Source of the DNA: Escherichia coli
GTDB lineage: Bacteria > Pseudomonadota > Gammaproteobacteria > Enterobacterales > Enterobacteriaceae
DNA length: 514 nt
NCBI RefSeq assembly: GCF_003334765.1
Contig: NZ_QOWT01000117.1
Reading direction: 5' to 3' (one strand)
A program made the position numbers and the translations under genes. Below the pieces are notes generated by a model. It was given only the letters and a program-made list of their open reading frames with translations. It was not told the DNA's origin and did not search any database. Positions 1 to 514 of this stretch are shown piece by piece (position 1 is the stretch's first letter; each line of letters begins with the position of its first letter).

Positions 1-233
1 ACCGTCAGAGCTAATAATTTGTCGACTGCATCGCCATCCGCAAGGTAACTGTAGAAGTGTCTTAAGAGAGTGCATTGCGTTGCCCATAACTTAAAACAGC
101 TTAGATCCTTGTTCGCCAGAAAGTTTCATCCATTTTCTTCCACCCAGGTTGCGGAAGAACCACTTTTCATCCGTCGTTGACAGATGTGAAGTATGCGGGA
201 GAAAAAGTGAATATCTAACTGTAATAACTCAGA

Positions 234-251
234 CCGGTACGAGTACTCGGG
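234..251 (+). repeat. Copy 1 of an 18-bp imperfect direct repeat, CCGGTAC-N4-ACTCGGG (ccggtacgagtactcggg)
   Basis: Matches 423-440 at 15 of 18 positions; mismatches are confined to the central 4-5 nt. Contains the 10-bp perfect palindrome cgagtactcg (240-249). Confidence 0.45.
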
Positions 252-276
252 ACGTCTACAATCATTCAGGGCAAAG

Positions 277-285
277 TGCTAAAAT
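277..285 (+). promoter_or_regulatory. Candidate extended -10 element (TGcTAAAAT) on + strand
   Basis: TG at 277-278, one base, then taaaat (280-285), which matches TATAAT at 5 of 6. The only -35-like hexamer is tctaca (255-260, 4 of 6) at a poor 19-bp spacing. If active, transcription would start near 292-294 and read into the pyrimidine-rich tract. This assumes a bacterial sigma70 context that is not established. Confidence 0.2.
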
Positions 286-291
286 TTCTCT

Positions 292-301
292 ATCCCGGGA
301 T
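292..301. other. 10-bp perfect palindrome atcccgggat (possible dimeric protein-binding site or hairpin)
   Basis: The sequence equals its own reverse complement and is centred on a CCCGGG core. A related half-site tcccgg recurs at 321-326. A single 10-bp palindrome is near chance expectation (about 0.5 per 514 bp), so confidence is low. Confidence 0.25.
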
Positions 302-392
302 GCCCCTACCAACGCAGCACTCCCGGAGATATCATTACAGCTCTGCAACTGATTTCCGCGACTGAACCGCTCAGTTCCTATCCTTCCAGTTG

Positions 393-411
393 CCCTCCTG
401 CCCCCCCTCCC
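393..411 (-). other. G-quadruplex-type motif on minus strand (gggagggggggcaggaggg), with C-rich i-motif complement on plus strand
   Basis: Plus strand 393-411 is ccctcctgccccccctccc. Its reverse complement gives four G3 tracts with loops of 1, 1 and 5 nt, matching the G3+N1-7 x4 pattern. A further C4 at 421-424 could serve as an alternative tract. The motif is seen directly; folding in vivo is not demonstrated. Confidence 0.6.
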
Positions 412-422
412 TGCTGTATACC

Positions 423-440
423 CCGGTACCACAACTCGGG
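423..440 (+). repeat. Copy 2 of an 18-bp imperfect direct repeat, CCGGTAC-N4-ACTCGGG (ccggtaccacaactcggg)
   Basis: Matches 234-251 at 15 of 18 positions, 189 bp downstream. The flanking cccg (422-425) and cggg (437-440) are self-complementary, giving a 4-bp GC stem. Confidence 0.45.
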
Positions 441-504
441 CAGCACTTTTCCCCCTCATAATCTTCGTCACACATCACACAAAACCACTTTCTCACCTTC
501 ACCG

Positions 505-510
505 TATAAT
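505..510 (+). promoter_or_regulatory. Consensus TATAAT hexamer at the right window edge, no recognisable -35
   Basis: Exact tataat at 505-510. Upstream at 17+/-1 bp is aaaacca (no TTGACA similarity), and there is no TG at -15/-14. Any transcript or gene it served would lie beyond the window. Confidence 0.15.
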
Positions 511-514
511 CCGG

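Larger units (their letters stand above)
361..514 (+). other. Strand-asymmetric pyrimidine-rich (C/T) tract, purine-poor on + strand
   Basis: Hand count for 361-514: A 32, C 65, G 18, T 39 (about 68% pyrimidine; C 42% vs G 12%), against window-wide C 30% and G 18%. Contains C7 (401-407), C5 (451-455) and CA-rich cacacatcacaca (469-481). The composition is a direct observation; function is unknown. Confidence 0.8.

Noticed and set aside
1-94. Edge-truncated ORF fragments at the left end (+ frame ending in TAA at 92-94; - frame with ATG at 87-85 open to position 1)
   Set aside because: Each is about 30 codons. With six frames, an open stretch of that length at a window edge is expected by chance (roughly 0.2-0.25 probability per frame, hand estimate). 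There is no SD upstream of the minus ATG and no recognisable protein motif. They cannot be supported without flanking sequence.
147-167. Possible intrinsic terminators (ggtt/aacc stem at 147-161 followed by tttt at 164-167; also cccg/cggg stem at 422-440 followed by tttt at 447-450)
   Set aside because: The stems are only 4 bp, the loops are 7-11 nt, and the T-runs are short or displaced from the stem. Neither meets the usual GC-rich stem of at least 5-6 bp immediately followed by a U-tract.
177-182. Perfect TTGACA -35 hexamer
   Set aside because: No acceptable -10 follows at 16-18 bp (200-205 is agaaaa). An isolated hexamer match is expected by chance.
149-352. Track ORF, + strand, 67 aa (TTG start)
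   Set aside because: It starts on TTG with no in-frame ATG and no Shine-Dalgarno-like purine run at the right spacing (the agg at 146-148 abuts the start codon). It has many codons that are rare by enterobacterial standards, overlaps the antisense ORF, and I recognise no protein family in the translation. A 67-codon open frame is readily produced by chance in 514 bp.
394-398. Shine-Dalgarno-like GGAGG on the minus strand (complement of cctcc)
   Set aside because: No ATG, GTG or TTG lies 5-12 nt downstream on the minus strand. The motif is a by-product of the C-rich tract.
21-430. Cluster of 6-bp restriction palindromes (SalI 21-26, AflII 61-66, AgeI 233-238, ScaI 242-247, SmaI 294-299, EcoRV 328-333, KpnI 425-430) suggesting a cloning-vector polylinker
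   Set aside because: About 8 palindromic hexamers are expected by chance in 514 bp (64 of 4096 hexamers are palindromic). The sites are dispersed and not clustered as in a multiple cloning site.
262-471. Track ORF, - strand, 69 aa (GTG start)
   Set aside because: It starts on GTG with no upstream SD. The Gly/Arg/Ala-rich translation is the expected by-product of reading the complement of a C-rich strand, and it overlaps the + ORF. I recognise no family.
124-491. Short exact direct repeats (tttcatcc at 124-131 and 165-172; aaccacttt at 158-166 and 483-491; gcagcact at 314-321 and 440-447) as CRISPR or iteron arrays
   Set aside because: Repeats of 8-9 nt at this number are close to chance expectation for 514 bp with skewed composition. 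There is no regular spacing and no repeat-spacer architecture.
283-514. Stop-free + strand frames running to the right edge (frame 1 from 283, frame 2 from 353)
   Set aside because: Neither frame contains an in-frame ATG, GTG or TTG. The openness is explained by purine depletion (stops need A/G) and the translations are low-complexity Pro/Ser/Thr strings. This is not evidence of a gene.
1-514. tRNA, rRNA, or mobile-element termini
   Set aside because: There is no T-loop or anticodon-stem signature, no similarity I recognise to rRNA or other well-known structured RNAs, and no inverted repeats relating the two window ends. The window is also too short to hold a complete insertion sequence.

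Overview
514-bp window, GC 48.4% by hand count (A 133, C 155, G 94, T 132), with a marked C-over-G bias on the + strand. I cannot support any protein-coding gene, tRNA, rRNA, CRISPR array or mobile-element boundary, and nothing here supports a defined novel biological system. The two ORFs on the supplied track (149..352 + and 262..471 -) overlap antisense, start on TTG and GTG without a Shine-Dalgarno motif, and look like composition artefacts. The right third (361-514) is a pyrimidine-rich, purine-poor tract (C 42%, G 12%) that contains a canonical G-quadruplex/i-motif sequence (393-411), a C7 homopolymer and a CA-rich repeat. Other sequence-level observations are an 18-bp imperfect direct repeat (234-251 and 423-440), two 10-bp perfect palindromes, and isolated promoter-like hexamers (TTGACA 177-182, TGcTAAAAT 277-285, TATAAT 505-510), none of which forms a complete sigma70 promoter. 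Taxonomic origin is ambiguous: the CT-rich tract and GT...polypyrimidine-AG signals are equally compatible with a eukaryotic (for example fungal) promoter or intron context. The most defensible reading is non-coding or regulatory sequence of unknown function. All statistics are hand estimates, not database or software results.
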